From positions 192,001 through 256,000 of the forward strand of contig CAVQQD010000002.1 in the NCBI GenBank assembly GCA_963714975.1: DNA of 64,000 bases. The letters run 5' to 3'. Each line of letters opens with the position of its first letter. Position 1 is the first letter of the stretch. Both the position numbers and the translations under genes were made by a program. Positions 1 through 10,316 of the stretch are shown here, in pieces. A model generated the notes under the pieces. It saw only the letters and a program-made list of their open reading frames with translations, did not search any database and was not told where the DNA came from. The stretch comes from an uncultured Gammaproteobacteria bacterium (GTDB lineage Bacteria > Pseudomonadota > Gammaproteobacteria > JAURND01).

Positions 1-64
1 ATAGTCATTAAAAAAACTATATTTATATTTCAAGGTAAAATCTCATGATTGATTAATCAAAATC

Positions 65-267
65 GTAACTATTCACCACGATTTTTCCTCTACCCTTGTG
101 GGAGAGGCCGCCGCGCCGTAAGGCGCGCGGGTGAGGGGTAAGAGCAGTTAGCATTTAGCTAATAAAATGCTTCTTGCTGGTTTCAAGCTTACCCCTCATC
201 CGCCCTTTCGGGCACCTTCTCCCACAAGGGGAGAAGGATTTTTACGCACAAACAGGTGAATGGTTAC
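65..267. repeat. MITE-like palindromic element: 13-bp outer inverted repeat enclosing a REP-like doublet
   Basis: GTAACTATTCACC (65-77) and GGTGAATGGTTAC (255-267), 1 mismatch; inner CCCTTGTGGGAGAGG...CCTTCTCCCACAAGGGGAGAAGG repeats also seen elsewhere in the window. Confidence 0.75.
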
Positions 268-294
268 TCAAAATCTTAAGTGTGTCTTTAGAGC

Positions 295-327
295 AAAGTA
301 ACATAGTAAAATTAATGAATTCTTAAG
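295..327 (-). promoter_or_regulatory. PmrA-like tandem box plus -10 element, pointing to a gene at or off the left edge
   Basis: Minus strand CTTAAGAAT-TC-ATTAATTTT-N7-TACTTT resembles the Legionella/Coxiella cTTAATatT-N2-cTTAATatT-N7-(-10) layout. Confidence 0.45.
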
Positions 328-373
328 ATAGTCCGCTGACTTTTAAATTATTTCGGTAGGGGGCAAAAATAAT

Positions 374-396
374 CCCTCCCTTTGGAAAAGGGAGGG
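374..396. terminator. Hairpin/REP-like palindrome downstream of the response regulator
   Basis: CCCTCCCTTT-GGA-AAAGGGAGGG perfect stem just after the stop of 419..820(-). Confidence 0.5.
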
Positions 397-418
397 TAAA
401 ATTTAGGGATTTGGCAGG

Positions 419-820
419 CTATTCCCAAAAATCCGTCTCGCCCTTGTGAACTCCTGCTAATAACCTTGCGCACAACTCATCGGTAAAAGGCTTGTCAAAT
501 AGCCCATTAAGTTTTAAGGCTTTTCCTCGCGTATAACAACTTTCCTCATGTACGGCATGGACTGACAAAATCACAATCGGCACATTGGCATTGCCATCCA
601 AATGCTTGCGCATGAGTTGGGCCAAATCGAGGCCATAATAATCCGGAAGTCCAAGATCAAGTAAGACTAGGTCATAACGATTGCACAATAATTGAATGGC
701 TTGAGTGCCATTGACTGCTAAATCCATTTGGCAGTTTGCTGCAGTAAGGATAGATTCAGCAGCTTTGCTAGCCATTTTATTATCCTCAACGACGAGGACT
801 CTTAATTGTGTGGTATTCAT
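419..820 (-). CDS. Single-domain response regulator (CheY-like receiver)
   Basis: VLVVEDN, LVLLDLGLPD phosphoacceptor, PIVILS and KPF motifs. Confidence 0.9.
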   Translation of the reverse strand: MNTTQLRVLVVEDNKMASKAAESILTAANCQMDLAVNGTQAIQLLCNRYDLVLLDLGLPDYYGLDLAQLMRKHLDGNANVPIVILSVHAVHEESCYTRGKALKLNGLFDKPFTDELCARLLAGVHKGETDFWE

Positions 821-972
821 GGGTTGCTCCTATTATTGTTATAAAGCATATCGCCCTTACAGGGACGACGACATGAGTAACCAAGAAATCTTCAGGAGTA
901 ATAGTGGCAGAGATTAAAGAGATGGCAGAGCAGGAATTACATCGCTACCCCGCCACCGCTACCCCTGCCACT

Positions 973-1176
973 TTATCGACCCAACCTCACTATCTCCCTC
1001 CCACACCCCAAATCGCCACAAAATGCTACCCTACCACCCCACAATGGCTGCGAGGATTTAAAGCAGATAACATTCTGATTTGACAATGGAAATACCACGA
1101 ACGATTGACACGTGAAAGAAAAATAATTGAAGCTGTTTTGCACGGACGCAAGATGCGCTAAACTGACAACAGCCAT
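973..1176 (-). CDS. Small hypothetical protein with a structured, RBS-sequestering leader
   Basis: AGGAG RBS before ATGGCT; two leader hairpins at 1181-1244; the protein itself is not recognised. Confidence 0.35.
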   Translation of the reverse strand: MAVVSLAHLASVQNSFNYFSFTCQSFVVFPLSNQNVICFKSSQPLWGGRVAFCGDLGCGREIVRLGR

Positions 1177-1362
1177 TGTTGAATCTCCTGTGTTAGATTC
1201 CAGTGGTTAGCGTGCGACTAGGTGTTTGAGCACCTACCGCACGCGCCTATTATCCTCAGATTATTTTAATCTAGCAACTGTTTTTTTAGAAACGCGGTGG
1301 GCGCTAAAGTGACAGTATGAAATATCACGCAGCCGGCTTTTTAATGTGTGCAAGGTGCTTTT

Positions 1363-3052
1363 ATGCAATTACCCTTAGGTCATGAGAATTTTAAAGAACT
1401 TATCGATTATCGCCTTGATTTCGTTGATAAGACCCTGTTTATCAAAGAAGTCCTCGATGATAGGGCGACGAAGGTTGCTGTGATCACTCGTCCGCGCCGT
1501 TTTGGCAAAACCCTCAATTTATCAATGCTGCATTATTTTTTAGCAGCTGAAGCCTATGGTCAATCTACCCAAGGATTATTCGATGGCTTGAAAATTGCTG
1601 CTTTGGGCAATGAATATATGCAGCACCAAGGCCGCTATCCAGTGATTTTTATTACCTTAAAAGAGGTTAAAGATCATGTCTTTGCAAGTGGCTACTGAGA
1701 ATTTACAGCAATTACTTCGTGCTACTTATGCTAAGAGCATCCTATGTTCTGCAGGGTTCAGTATCAGTGCCGAAGAGCGAGTCATTTATCACAAAATTTT
1801 AGCCAAGCAAGCCGATGGGGCAGATTTACGTCGATCACTACGTAAATTTAACCTATTATTTGTTTCATCACTCTGGTCGAAAAACCTTGGGTTTTGATCG
1901 ACGAATACGACAGTCCCATTCAAGCGGCTTATGTCCACGATTATTACGATCCGATGGTGGATTTGTTACGAGGGCTTTTAAGTCCGGTGCTAAAAACCAA
2001 TCCCTATCTCGAAAAGGCAGTGATTACCGGTATTTTACGGGTCGCAAAGGAAAGCTTATTCTCGGGTTTAAATAATTTAGAAGTCTATACCCTGATGAAT
2101 TCTAAATACGGGCAGTATTTTGGTTTTACTGAAGAAGAAGTAGAAAATTTACTACTACAGGCAGGCTTACAAGCACCTGCGATTCGTGATTGGTACAATG
2201 GTTATAAGGCAGGAACTTATACTGTCTACAATCCTTGGTCGATTGTCAATTGCATTTGCGAAAAAGGAGAATTAGCGCCTTATTGGGTCAATACCAGTGA
2301 TAATCAACTGATTAAAACCTGTTACTGGGATCGAGTGAAGATTTTAGAGCGCAATTTGAGGATTTATTACAAGGGAAGACGATTGAAAAAGTGCATTGAT
2401 GAAACTATGGTATTTGCTGCTTTGAAAAACAGCGAAAAGGCCACTTGGAGTTTATTGGTTGCAGCGGGTTATTTGAAAGTGGTTTCTTCACAACGGGTTG
2501 AAGAGGAGTTGCAGTGTCAATTGGATATTCCCAACCGCGAAGTACGTGGCTTGTATCGAAGAATCATTCGAGAATGGTTAGTCCGATGGTCATGGCACAA
2601 AATGGCTTGATGCTTTTTTAAATCATTTGCTCACGGGTGATTTAGTCGCCTTTGAACACGATTTAAAACACCTGGTCGAACAAACATTTAGTGTCCACGA
2701 CATTTCTAAAGATCCTGAAGCGTTTTATCATGGGTTTATGATTGGCGCGACGGCAAGTCTATACCACAATGCAAATTATGAAATTAAATCGAATCGGGAG
2801 AGTGGCTATGGGCGCTATGATTATATGATTTTTTCTCATGATGAAAACAAACCGACAATTTTAATTGAGCTCAAGCGAGTACCTAAAGATACCCCTCATT
2901 TAGATCAGGCATTAGAGCAAGCGGCACAACACGCTTTGGAGCAAATGGAATTACAAAATTATGCGGCTGAAGCCACGCAGCGTGGCAGAACTAAGATACT
3001 GCAGATTGGTCTAGCGTTTTCTGGAAAACGGTTTAAATTATTGTGGCGTTAA
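1363..3052 (+). CDS. AAA-ATPase-like + PD-(D/E)XK nuclease protein, copy 1 (several apparent frameshifts)
   Basis: RPRRFGKT Walker A, LIDEYD Walker B, SNRESGYGRYD...IELK nuclease motif; close paralogue of 3797..5500 split over five ORFs. Confidence 0.85.
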
Positions 3053-3138
3053 AGGGCCGCTAGTTTGGGGAGCCATCCAAATCCCTTCTCCCGCAGCGTT
3101 TTTTTGTGAGAGAAGGTGCCCGAAGGGAGAAGGTTTAA

Positions 3139-3627
3139 ATGCGGACAAGTAATTTAATTGATAATGAAAATTTTAAAAAAATTATAGTGATTTTTTGGAC
3201 CATATGGTGGTTAATCGCTTTATGGACCGATATTGTGGGTGGAGTAGCTCATTTAGGTTGGCTTAGTGCTAGTTGGGCTCCTGACACGAATTATCCCTTT
3301 TTAATCAGTTCTTTAAAGATGTATCCGCTACCGGCTTGGTTGCCACCTATTTTTTTTCTGGGGATTATCACTTGGTCTTTAATAGCTTCTCTTGCCTTTG
3401 TTTATGCCAGCTTTAAAATGTTTTCAGTGGGTTTGAAAAGAGCCATGAAATATATTGAAGTTGCATTTATTCTGTCATTAACTTATTGGTTAGCTTTTTT
3501 TATTGCAGATCAATTAGTCATGAAATTTGATTTAGAAGAAAACCATATGGTACAGGGAGGGTTTCAACTGTTAACTTTCATTGCTTTGTATTGCTTGCCT
3601 GGAAATCGTGAAGTGAATACAAAATGA
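3139..3627 (+). CDS. Hypothetical integral membrane protein (~4 TM)
   Basis: 162-aa ORF with four hydrophobic, Trp-rich stretches. Confidence 0.75.
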   Translation: MRTSNLIDNENFKKIIVIFWTIWWLIALWTDIVGGVAHLGWLSASWAPDTNYPFLISSLKMYPLPAWLPPIFFLGIITWSLIASLAFVYASFKMFSVGLKRAMKYIEVAFILSLTYWLAFFIADQLVMKFDLEENHMVQGGFQLLTFIALYCLPGNREVNTK

Positions 3628-3796
3628 AGCTTTGATTAAAGCTACTTCAATGTCTGCTTTTACAGAAAATCCATATTAAGCCATAATGGTTTCTCCAGGC
3701 GCATTGGATTAAGATTAGTATCTATTACTAGAGAGTGCTAAAGTGAAATTATGAAATATCACGCAGCCGGCTTTTTAATGTGTGCAAGGTGCTTTT

Positions 3797-5500
3797 ATGC
3801 AACTACCCTTAGGTCATGAGAATTTTAAAGAACTTATCGATTATCGCCTAGATTTCGTTGATAAGACCCTGTTTATCAAAGAAGTCCTCGATGATAGAGG
3901 GACGAAGGTTGCTGTGATCACTCGTCCGCGCCGTTTTGGCAAAACCCTCAATTTGTCAATGCTGCATTATTTTTTAGCGGCTGAAGCCTATGGTCAATCC
4001 ACTCAGGGATTATTCGCTGGCTTGAAAATTGCCGCTTTGGGCGATGAATATATGCAGCACCAAGGCCGCTATCCAGTAATTTTTATTACCTTAAAAGAGA
4101 TTAAAGACCATTCTCTGCAAGTGGCTACTGAGAATTTACAGGAATTGCTCCGCGCCACTTACGAGGAACATTCCTATGTTCTGCAGGGTTCAGTACTCAG
4201 TGCCGAAGAGCGAGTCATTTATCACAAAATTTTAGCCAAGCAAGCCGATGGGGCAGATTTGCGCCGATCGCTGCGTAATTTAACCGAATATTTGTTTCGT
4301 CACACGGGTCAAAAACCCTGGGTGTTGATCGATGAATACGACAGTCCTATTCAAGCGGCTTATGTCCACGATTATTATGAACCCATGGTGGATTTGCTGC
4401 GAGGGTTGTTGAGTCCGGTGCTAAAAACCAATCCCTATCTCGAAAGAGCTGTGATTACTGGTATTTTACGGGTTGCAAAAGAAAGCTTATTTTCGGGATT
4501 AAATAATTTAGAAGTCTATACCCTGATGAATTCTAAATACGGGCAGTATTTTGGTTTTACTGAAGATGAGATAGAAAATTTATTGCAGCAAGCAGGTTTA
4601 CAAGCACAAGCCCCTGCGATTCGGGATTGGTACAATGGCTATATGGCGGGAACTTACACCGTCTACAATCCCTGGTCGATCGTCAAATGCATTCGCGAAA
4701 AAGGAGAATTAGCGCCTTATTGGGTCAATACCAGCGATAATAAATTGATTAAAATCCTGTTACTGGGGTCGAGTGAAGATTTTAGAGCGCAATTTGAGGA
4801 TTTATTACAAGGGAAGACGATTGAAAAAGTGATTGATGAAACTTTGGCTTTTGCTGACTTAAATCCTCAGGGAGGTGGTGGAGGGTCAGCAAGTTGGAGT
4901 TTATTGTTTGCAGCAGGTTATTTGAAGGTGGTTGCTTCACAGCGTATTGGGGCAAAATTACATTGTCAGTTAGATATTCCTAATGAAGAGGTGCGCAGTT
5001 TATATCAACAAATTATCGAGCAATGGTTAGCTGATGGTCGTGACGAAGTATGGCTTGATGCTTTTTTAAATCATTTACTCACGGGTGATTTAGTAGCCTT
5101 CGAGCACGATTTAAAACATCTGGTCGAACAAACATTCAGTGTCCACGACATTTCTAAAGATCCTGAAGTGTTTTATCATGGTTTTATGATTGGCGCGACA
5201 GCGAGTTTGTACCACAATCCAAATTATGAAATTAAATCGAATCGGGAGGCTGGTTATGGTCGCTATGATTATATGATTTTTTCTCATGATGAAAACAAAC
5301 CGACAATTTTAATTGAGCTTAAGCGAGTACCTAAAGATACCCCCCATTTAGATCAGGCATTAGAGCAAGCGGCACAACACGCTTTGGAGCAAATGGAATT
5401 ACAAAATTATGCGGCTGAAGCCACGCAGCGTGGCAGAACTAAGATACTGCAGATTGGTCTAGCGTTTTCTGGTAAGCGGTTTAAATTATTGTGGCGTTAA
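3797..5500 (+). CDS. AAA-ATPase-like + PD-(D/E)XK nuclease protein, copy 2 (intact)
   Basis: LPLGHENF...FVDKT, RPRRFGKT, LIDEYD, SLFSGLNN, YNPWS, YW.NT, EVFYHG, GRYD...IELK motifs of the PF09820+PF08011-type architecture. Confidence 0.9.
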   Translation: MQLPLGHENFKELIDYRLDFVDKTLFIKEVLDDRGTKVAVITRPRRFGKTLNLSMLHYFLAAEAYGQSTQGLFAGLKIAALGDEYMQHQGRYPVIFITLKEIKDHSLQVATENLQELLRATYEEHSYVLQGSVLSAEERVIYHKILAKQADGADLRRSLRNLTEYLFRHTGQKPWVLIDEYDSPIQAAYVHDYYEPMVDLLRGLLSPVLKTNPYLERAVITGILRVAKESLFSGLNNLEVYTLMNSKYGQYFGFTEDEIENLLQQAGLQAQAPAIRDWYNGYMAGTYTVYNPWSIVKCIREKGELAPYWVNTSDNKLIKILLLGSSEDFRAQFEDLLQGKTIEKVIDETLAFADLNPQGGGGGSASWSLLFAAGYLKVVASQRIGAKLHCQLDIPNEEVRSLYQQIIEQWLADGRDEVWLDAFLNHLLTGDLVAFEHDLKHLVEQTFSVHDISKDPEVFYHGFMIGATASLYHNPNYEIKSNREAGYGRYDYMIFSHDENKPTILIELKRVPKDTPHLDQALEQAAQHALEQMELQNYAAEATQRGRTKILQIGLAFSGKRFKLLWR

Positions 5501-5545
5501 AAGGCCGCTTTGTTCCTCGCAATGATGGTCACATCGACTAATAAT

Positions 5546-6895
5546 ATGAAATTTATTAAATCTCTCTATTTTTGGATAGTAGTAGCCTTTCTTAGCGGCT
5601 GCGCCTTAGGCGTATTTAATCCTAAATTGGCAGTTTTAATGGAGCCGTTAGGCACCAGCTTTATTAAGCTTATTAAAATCTTTATAGGTCCTATTGTTTT
5701 TTTTACTGTAGCAACTGGTATTGCACAAACAGGTTCCTTAAAAAAACTTGGTAAAATTGGAATCAAAGCTTTCCTATATTTTGAGATCGTTTCATCCATT
5801 GCTCTTTTAATTGGATGGGCTGCTGCATCAATGATCAAGCCAGGATCGCTAATTCAGGCAAACCTGAACCTGTTAGATGAAAAACCCGTAATGCATTTTT
5901 TGGAAAGTGCGGACAAGCTTTCTTTGGTAGATTTTTTCCAAAATCTTATTCCAACTAGTATTATCGAACCTTTTGCTAAAGGTGATATGTTGCAAATATT
6001 GCTAGTTGCCATTCTTTTTGGTGTTTCATTGCTTGCTATAGGTGAAGGTCGCTCAAAAAAACTTATTAAAGCGATGGATAAAATGACGCAATGTTTATTT
6101 CAAATAATCCGCATCATAATGTACACCGCTCCTCTTGGCGTATTCGGTGCAATGTCATTTACTATAGCTAAATTTGGTGGTAATTTTCTAGCACCTTTAC
6201 TTGGATTAATCGGAACATTTTATTTGACAGGTTTCATATTTGTATTTGTAATCTTAGGAATAATTGCAAGGCTGTCAGGTTTTTCAATACTAAAATTCCT
6301 CAAATACATCTCGTCCGAGTTATTCCTTGTTTTGGGAACATCGTCAAGCGAATCTGCTTTGCCACAATTGTTACGAAAATTAGAAAAACTTGGCTGTCAA
6401 AAGGAAACTGTCGGTGTTGTTGTTCCTATGGGGTATTCGTTTAACTTAGATGGAACAAATATTTATATAACTTTAGCTGCGTTATTCATTGCTCAAGCAT
6501 TAGGAATTCAATTAACAGTAACTCAACAACTTGCTCTTTTTGCTACAGCCATGTTATCGAGCAAAGGAGCGGCTGGAGTAACTGGTGCAGGTTTTATTAC
6601 ACTTGCGGCTACATTATCCGTTGTTCCATCAATTCCTGCTGTAGGCATCGTGTTAATTCTGGGGATAGATCGATTTATGAGCGAAGCGAGATCTCTCATA
6701 AATTACATTGGAAATGGGGTGGCTTCCTTGGTAATAAGCCGATGGGAAAAAGAAATTTCAGTGCAGAGCTTAAGTCAGGCATTAGGAGAGCCATCTAAGT
6801 CCCCTCTCCCACAGCGCTTTGCTGTCGGAGAGGGTGCCGAAGGACCTCATCCGGCCTTCGGCCACCTTCTCCCCAAGGGGAGAAGGGATTTCTAG
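5546..6895 (+). CDS. dctA: C4-dicarboxylate/amino acid:cation symporter (DAACS family)
   Basis: GTSSSESALP, GYSFNLDGT, SKGAAGVTGAGF and GIDRFMSEAR motifs. Confidence 0.88.
   Translation: MKFIKSLYFWIVVAFLSGCALGVFNPKLAVLMEPLGTSFIKLIKIFIGPIVFFTVATGIAQTGSLKKLGKIGIKAFLYFEIVSSIALLIGWAAASMIKPGSLIQANLNLLDEKPVMHFLESADKLSLVDFFQNLIPTSIIEPFAKGDMLQILLVAILFGVSLLAIGEGRSKKLIKAMDKMTQCLFQIIRIIMYTAPLGVFGAMSFTIAKFGGNFLAPLLGLIGTFYLTGFIFVFVILGIIARLSGFSILKFLKYISSELFLVLGTSSSESALPQLLRKLEKLGCQKETVGVVVPMGYSFNLDGTNIYITLAALFIAQALGIQLTVTQQLALFATAMLSSKGAAGVTGAGFITLAATLSVVPSIPAVGIVLILGIDRFMSEARSLINYIGNGVASLVISRWEKEISVQSLSQALGEPSKSPLPQRFAVGEGAEGPHPAFGHLLPKGRRDF
6801..6888. repeat. REP-like palindromic element inside the dctA 3' end
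   Basis: CCCCTCTCCC...GGAGAGGG and CCTTCTCCCCAAGGGGAGAAGG hairpins lie before the dctA stop. Confidence 0.8.
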
Positions 6896-6918
6896 CTCAA
6901 ATTTTTGCAATTCATTCC

Positions 6919-6948
6919 TTGACAGGGGGTGGAAAATTCTTTTAGAAT
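6919..6948 (+). promoter_or_regulatory. Sigma70 promoter of the str operon
   Basis: TTGACA (6919-6924), 18-bp spacer, TAGAAT (6943-6948), about 100 bp upstream of rpsL. Confidence 0.7.
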
Positions 6949-7045
6949 CTCGCCTCCATTTTGGTAGGATCCCTGTAATATCGAATTGTGGTTCTCGTTA
7001 CAAAATCCTTATGATGTGTTTTTATAGTTTGGAGTTATATAAAAG

Positions 7046-7420
7046 ATGCCAAGAATTAGCCAGCTAGTGCGTAAACCTAGAGTACAAAGAAGGCGCAAAA
7101 CCACAGTTCCTGCATTAGCTCGTTGCCCACAAAAACGAGGTGTTTGCACGCGTGTTTATACCACGACCCCTAAGAAGCCCAATTCGGCGCTACGTAAGGT
7201 GGCTCGGGTTCGTTTAACCAACGGTAATGAAGTCAGTGCTTACATTGGGGGCGAGGGTCATAACCTACAGGAACACTCAGTGGTATTGATTCGAGGGGGT
7301 CGTGTCAAAGATTTGCCAGGGGTACGATATCATATTGTACGTGGTAGTTTAGATACGGCGGGTGTTTCCGCTCGCAAACAAGGCCGATCAAAGTACGGCG
7401 CGAAAAGATCAAAGAAGTAA
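7046..7420 (+). CDS. rpsL: 30S ribosomal protein S12
   Basis: [21 protein letters not shown]. Confidence 0.99.
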   Translation: MPRISQLVRKPRVQRRRKTTVPALARCPQKRGVCTRVYTTTPKKPNSALRKVARVRLTNGNEVSAYIGGEGHNLQEHSVVLIRGGRVKDLPGVRYHIVRGSLDTAGVSARKQGRSKYGAKRSKK

Positions 7421-7425
7421 GTGGT

Positions 7426-7455
7426 CGTCGTCCTGGCATGGATGCAGGGACGACG
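7426..7455. repeat. Family-B palindrome (short form)
   Basis: CGTCGTCCTGGCATGGATGCAGGGACGACG hairpin in the rpsL-rpsG spacer. Confidence 0.6.
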
Positions 7456-7482
7456 GGCTTTGTAAAACAAGAGGATTAATTT

Positions 7483-8022
7483 GTGGCAAGAAGAAAAGCA
7501 GCTCCAAAAAGAGAAATAATACCCGATCCATTATTTGGCAATGAGACAATTTCCAGATTCGTCAACAGTGTGATGCGAAGTGGCAAGAAGTCGGTTGCTG
7601 AGAAGATTGTTTATGGCGCTTTAATTCGAGTACAACAAAAAGAAGCAGGGAAGGACTCCGGGGAAGAAGGTGGTACAGGTGGCACGGGCGGTATCCATTT
7701 TTCCGCGCAGGCGAAGCAAGCAGCGATCAAGGCTTTTGAGAAAGCATTAGAAAATGTAAGTCCTACGGTTGAGGTCAAATCTCGACGGGTGGGAGGCTCA
7801 ACCTATCAAGTTCCTGTAGAAGTTCGTCCTGGTCGTCGTGTTGCTTTAGCTATGCGGTGGCTGGTAGATTTCGCCAAGCAACGGAATGAGAAAACAATGG
7901 TTTTGCGTCTGGCTAATGAAATTCTAGATGCAATTCACGGTCGTGGGGGAGCCGTCAAGAAACGTGAAGATGTTCACCGTATGGCTAAAGCTAATCAAGC
8001 ATTTGCACATTATCGTTGGTAA
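7483..8022 (+). CDS. rpsG: 30S ribosomal protein S7 with a Gly-rich insertion
   Basis: [28 protein letters not shown]; GTG start. Confidence 0.98.
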   Translation: MARRKAAPKREIIPDPLFGNETISRFVNSVMRSGKKSVAEKIVYGALIRVQQKEAGKDSGEEGGTGGTGGIHFSAQAKQAAIKAFEKALENVSPTVEVKSRRVGGSTYQVPVEVRPGRRVALAMRWLVDFAKQRNEKTMVLRLANEILDAIHGRGGAVKKREDVHRMAKANQAFAHYRW

Positions 8023-8027
8023 TTACC

Positions 8028-10130
8028 ATGTCAGTACGCACAACACCTATAGAGCATTATCGAAATATTGGTATCATGGCTCATATTGATGCCGGTAAAA
8101 CTACTACCACAGAACGAGTTCTGTTCTATACGGGTGTTTCTTATAAAATAGGAGAGGTCCATGAAGGTACAGCAGTCATGGACTGGATGGCTCAAGAACA
8201 AGAACGAGGTATTACCATTACTTCCGCCGCAACGACTTGTTTTTGGCGTGGTATGGATGGACAATTTCCCCAGCATCGAATCAATATCATTGATACCCCG
8301 GGGCATGTGGACTTTACCATTGAAGTTGAGCGCTCTCTCCGCGTATTAGACAGCGCTGTCGCGGTGTTTTGCTCTGTCGGGGGTGTCGAACCGCAAACAG
8401 AAACCGTTTGGAGGCAGGCTAATAAATATGGCGTTCCGCGTATGGGTTTCGTCAACAAAATGGACCGGCCGGGCGCAAATTTTTTCCGAGTGATCGACCA
8501 AGTTAAAACCCGTTTAGGCGCCAATCCTGTACCGATTCAAATTCCGATCGGTGCTGAGGAACATTTTAAGGGTGTGGTTGATCTGATTCGTATGCAAGCT
8601 ATTTATTGGAATGAAGCAGATCGTGGGCAAACTTATGAAGCTCATGAGATTCCGAGTGAATTGCAAGCAGAAGCGGCTAAGTGGCGCGAAAATATGGTGG
8701 AAGCGGCTGCTGAAGCCTCAGAAGAAATGACCGAAAAATATTTGGAAACAGGAGAGCTCTCGGAAGAAGAAATTAAGCGTGGTTTACGTATTCGCACCAT
8801 TAAGTGCGAAGTGATCCCAATGCTATGTGGCAGTGCTTTTAAAAATAAGGGTGTGCAGGCATTGCTGGATGCGGTCATTGAATTTATGCCTGCGCCGAAT
8901 GACATGCCGCCAATTAAGGGCGTTTTAGATGATGCTGAAGGCACTGAGGCACATCGGGAACCTTCTGACGATGTTCCTTTTTCCGGTTTAGCTTTCAAAA
9001 TTGCGACAGATCCTTTTGTAGGAACTTTAACGTATTTTCGTGTGTATTCAGGGATCTTACAAACTGGGGATTCTGTGTATAACCCCTTGAAGCACAAAAA
9101 GGAAAGAATTGGTCGTTTGGTACAAATGCATGCCAATGCTCGGCAGGAAATTAAAGCTGTGTGCGCAGGAGATATTGCTGCTGCAGTCGGTCTTAAAACT
9201 GCAATCACGGGTGATACTCTATGTGATATAGATAATATCATTACCTTGGAGCGGATGGAATTTCCAGAGCCGGTCATTTCTGTTGCCGTTGAGCCAAAAA
9301 GTAAGGCTGATCAAGAGAAGATGGGTGTTGCTTTAGGCAAGTTAGCTCAAGAGGATCCTTCTTTTCGTGTGCATACTGATGAAGAATCTGGTCAGACGAT
9401 TATTGAGGGCATGGGTGAGTTACATTTAGAAATTATCGTCGATCGTATGAAGCGAGAGTTTAGTGTTGCGGCTAATGTTGGGAAGCCACGAGTTGCTTAT
9501 CGTGAGACGATTCGTAAGACTGTGGAGCAGGAAGGAAAGTACATTCGACAGACCGGTGGTCGTGGTCAATACGGTCACGTCTGGGTTCGTATCGAGCCCA
9601 AAGATCCTGGTACAGGTTATGAATTTGAAAATGGTATTGTCGGTGGGGTTATTCCTAGAGAGTATATACCTGCAGTAGATAAGGGTATCCAAGAGCAATT
9701 AAATGCTGGTGGCCTCGCCGGATATCCAGTGGTTGATGTTAAAGTCACCTTATTTGATGGTTCCTATCATGATGTAGACTCCAGTGAAATGGCTTTTAAA
9801 ATTGCGGGATCCTTGGCGTTTAAAGAAGGTACAGCCAAAGCCAAGCCAGTTTTACTTGAACCCATCATGAAGGTTGAAGTAGTAACCCCTGAAGAGTATA
9901 TGGGAGATGTGGTTGGGGATCTAAACCGTCGCCGTGGGCTAATCTTGGGTATGGATGAAAATCCTACTGGCAAGATTATTGATGCTGAAGTGCCATTAGA
10001 AGGCATGTTTGGTTATGCTACCGACCTCCGCTCTTTAACCCAGGGTCGCGCTACTTATACCATGGAATTTAAGAAATATTTAGAAGCACCCGCGAGTGTG
10101 GCGGAAGTCATTATTAAAAGGGAAGAATAG
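8028..10130 (+). CDS. fusA: Elongation factor G
   Basis: [31 protein letters not shown]. Confidence 0.99.
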   Translation: MSVRTTPIEHYRNIGIMAHIDAGKTTTTERVLFYTGVSYKIGEVHEGTAVMDWMAQEQERGITITSAATTCFWRGMDGQFPQHRINIIDTPGHVDFTIEVERSLRVLDSAVAVFCSVGGVEPQTETVWRQANKYGVPRMGFVNKMDRPGANFFRVIDQVKTRLGANPVPIQIPIGAEEHFKGVVDLIRMQAIYWNEADRGQTYEAHEIPSELQAEAAKWRENMVEAAAEASEEMTEKYLETGELSEEEIKRGLRIRTIKCEVIPMLCGSAFKNKGVQALLDAVIEFMPAPNDMPPIKGVLDDAEGTEAHREPSDDVPFSGLAFKIATDPFVGTLTYFRVYSGILQTGDSVYNPLKHKKERIGRLVQMHANARQEIKAVCAGDIAAAVGLKTAITGDTLCDIDNIITLERMEFPEPVISVAVEPKSKADQEKMGVALGKLAQEDPSFRVHTDEESGQTIIEGMGELHLEIIVDRMKREFSVAANVGKPRVAYRETIRKTVEQEGKYIRQTGGRGQYGHVWVRIEPKDPGTGYEFENGIVGGVIPREYIPAVDKGIQEQLNAGGLAGYPVVDVKVTLFDGSYHDVDSSEMAFKIAGSLAFKEGTAKAKPVLLEPIMKVEVVTPEEYMGDVVGDLNRRRGLILGMDENPTGKIIDAEVPLEGMFGYATDLRSLTQGRATYTMEFKKYLEAPASVAEVIIKREE

Positions 10131-10138
10131 AGATGCCA

Positions 10139-10259
10139 TTTCTTCTCCCCCTTGGGGGAGAAGGTGCCGAAGGCGGCGGCGGATGAGGGATATTCTGAAG
10201 GCCCTCTTGCTCCCCCTCATCCGGCCTGCGGCCACCTTCTCCCCCAAGGGGAGAAGGAA
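10139..10259. repeat. REP-like doublet (family A) between fusA and tuf
   Basis: CTTCTCCCCCTTGGGGGAGAAGG...GGATGAGGG followed by its inverted copy. Confidence 0.85.
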
Positions 10260-10316
10260 TAATGCCAAAGGTTTATTGGGGGAGAGGGGATTTATTAATA
10301 TTAAAAGAGGTTAATT

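Noticed and set aside
900-1040. Short repeats (CGCTACCCC..GCCAC twice, GGCAGAG twice) upstream of the response regulator
   Set aside because: Too short and irregular to assign a function
10080-10314. ORFs 10080..10268, 10096..10314, 6819..7067, 30343..30651, 63659..63844 and the N-terminal extensions of rplC, rplB and rplX
   Set aside because: They are translations of palindromic repeats or spacers
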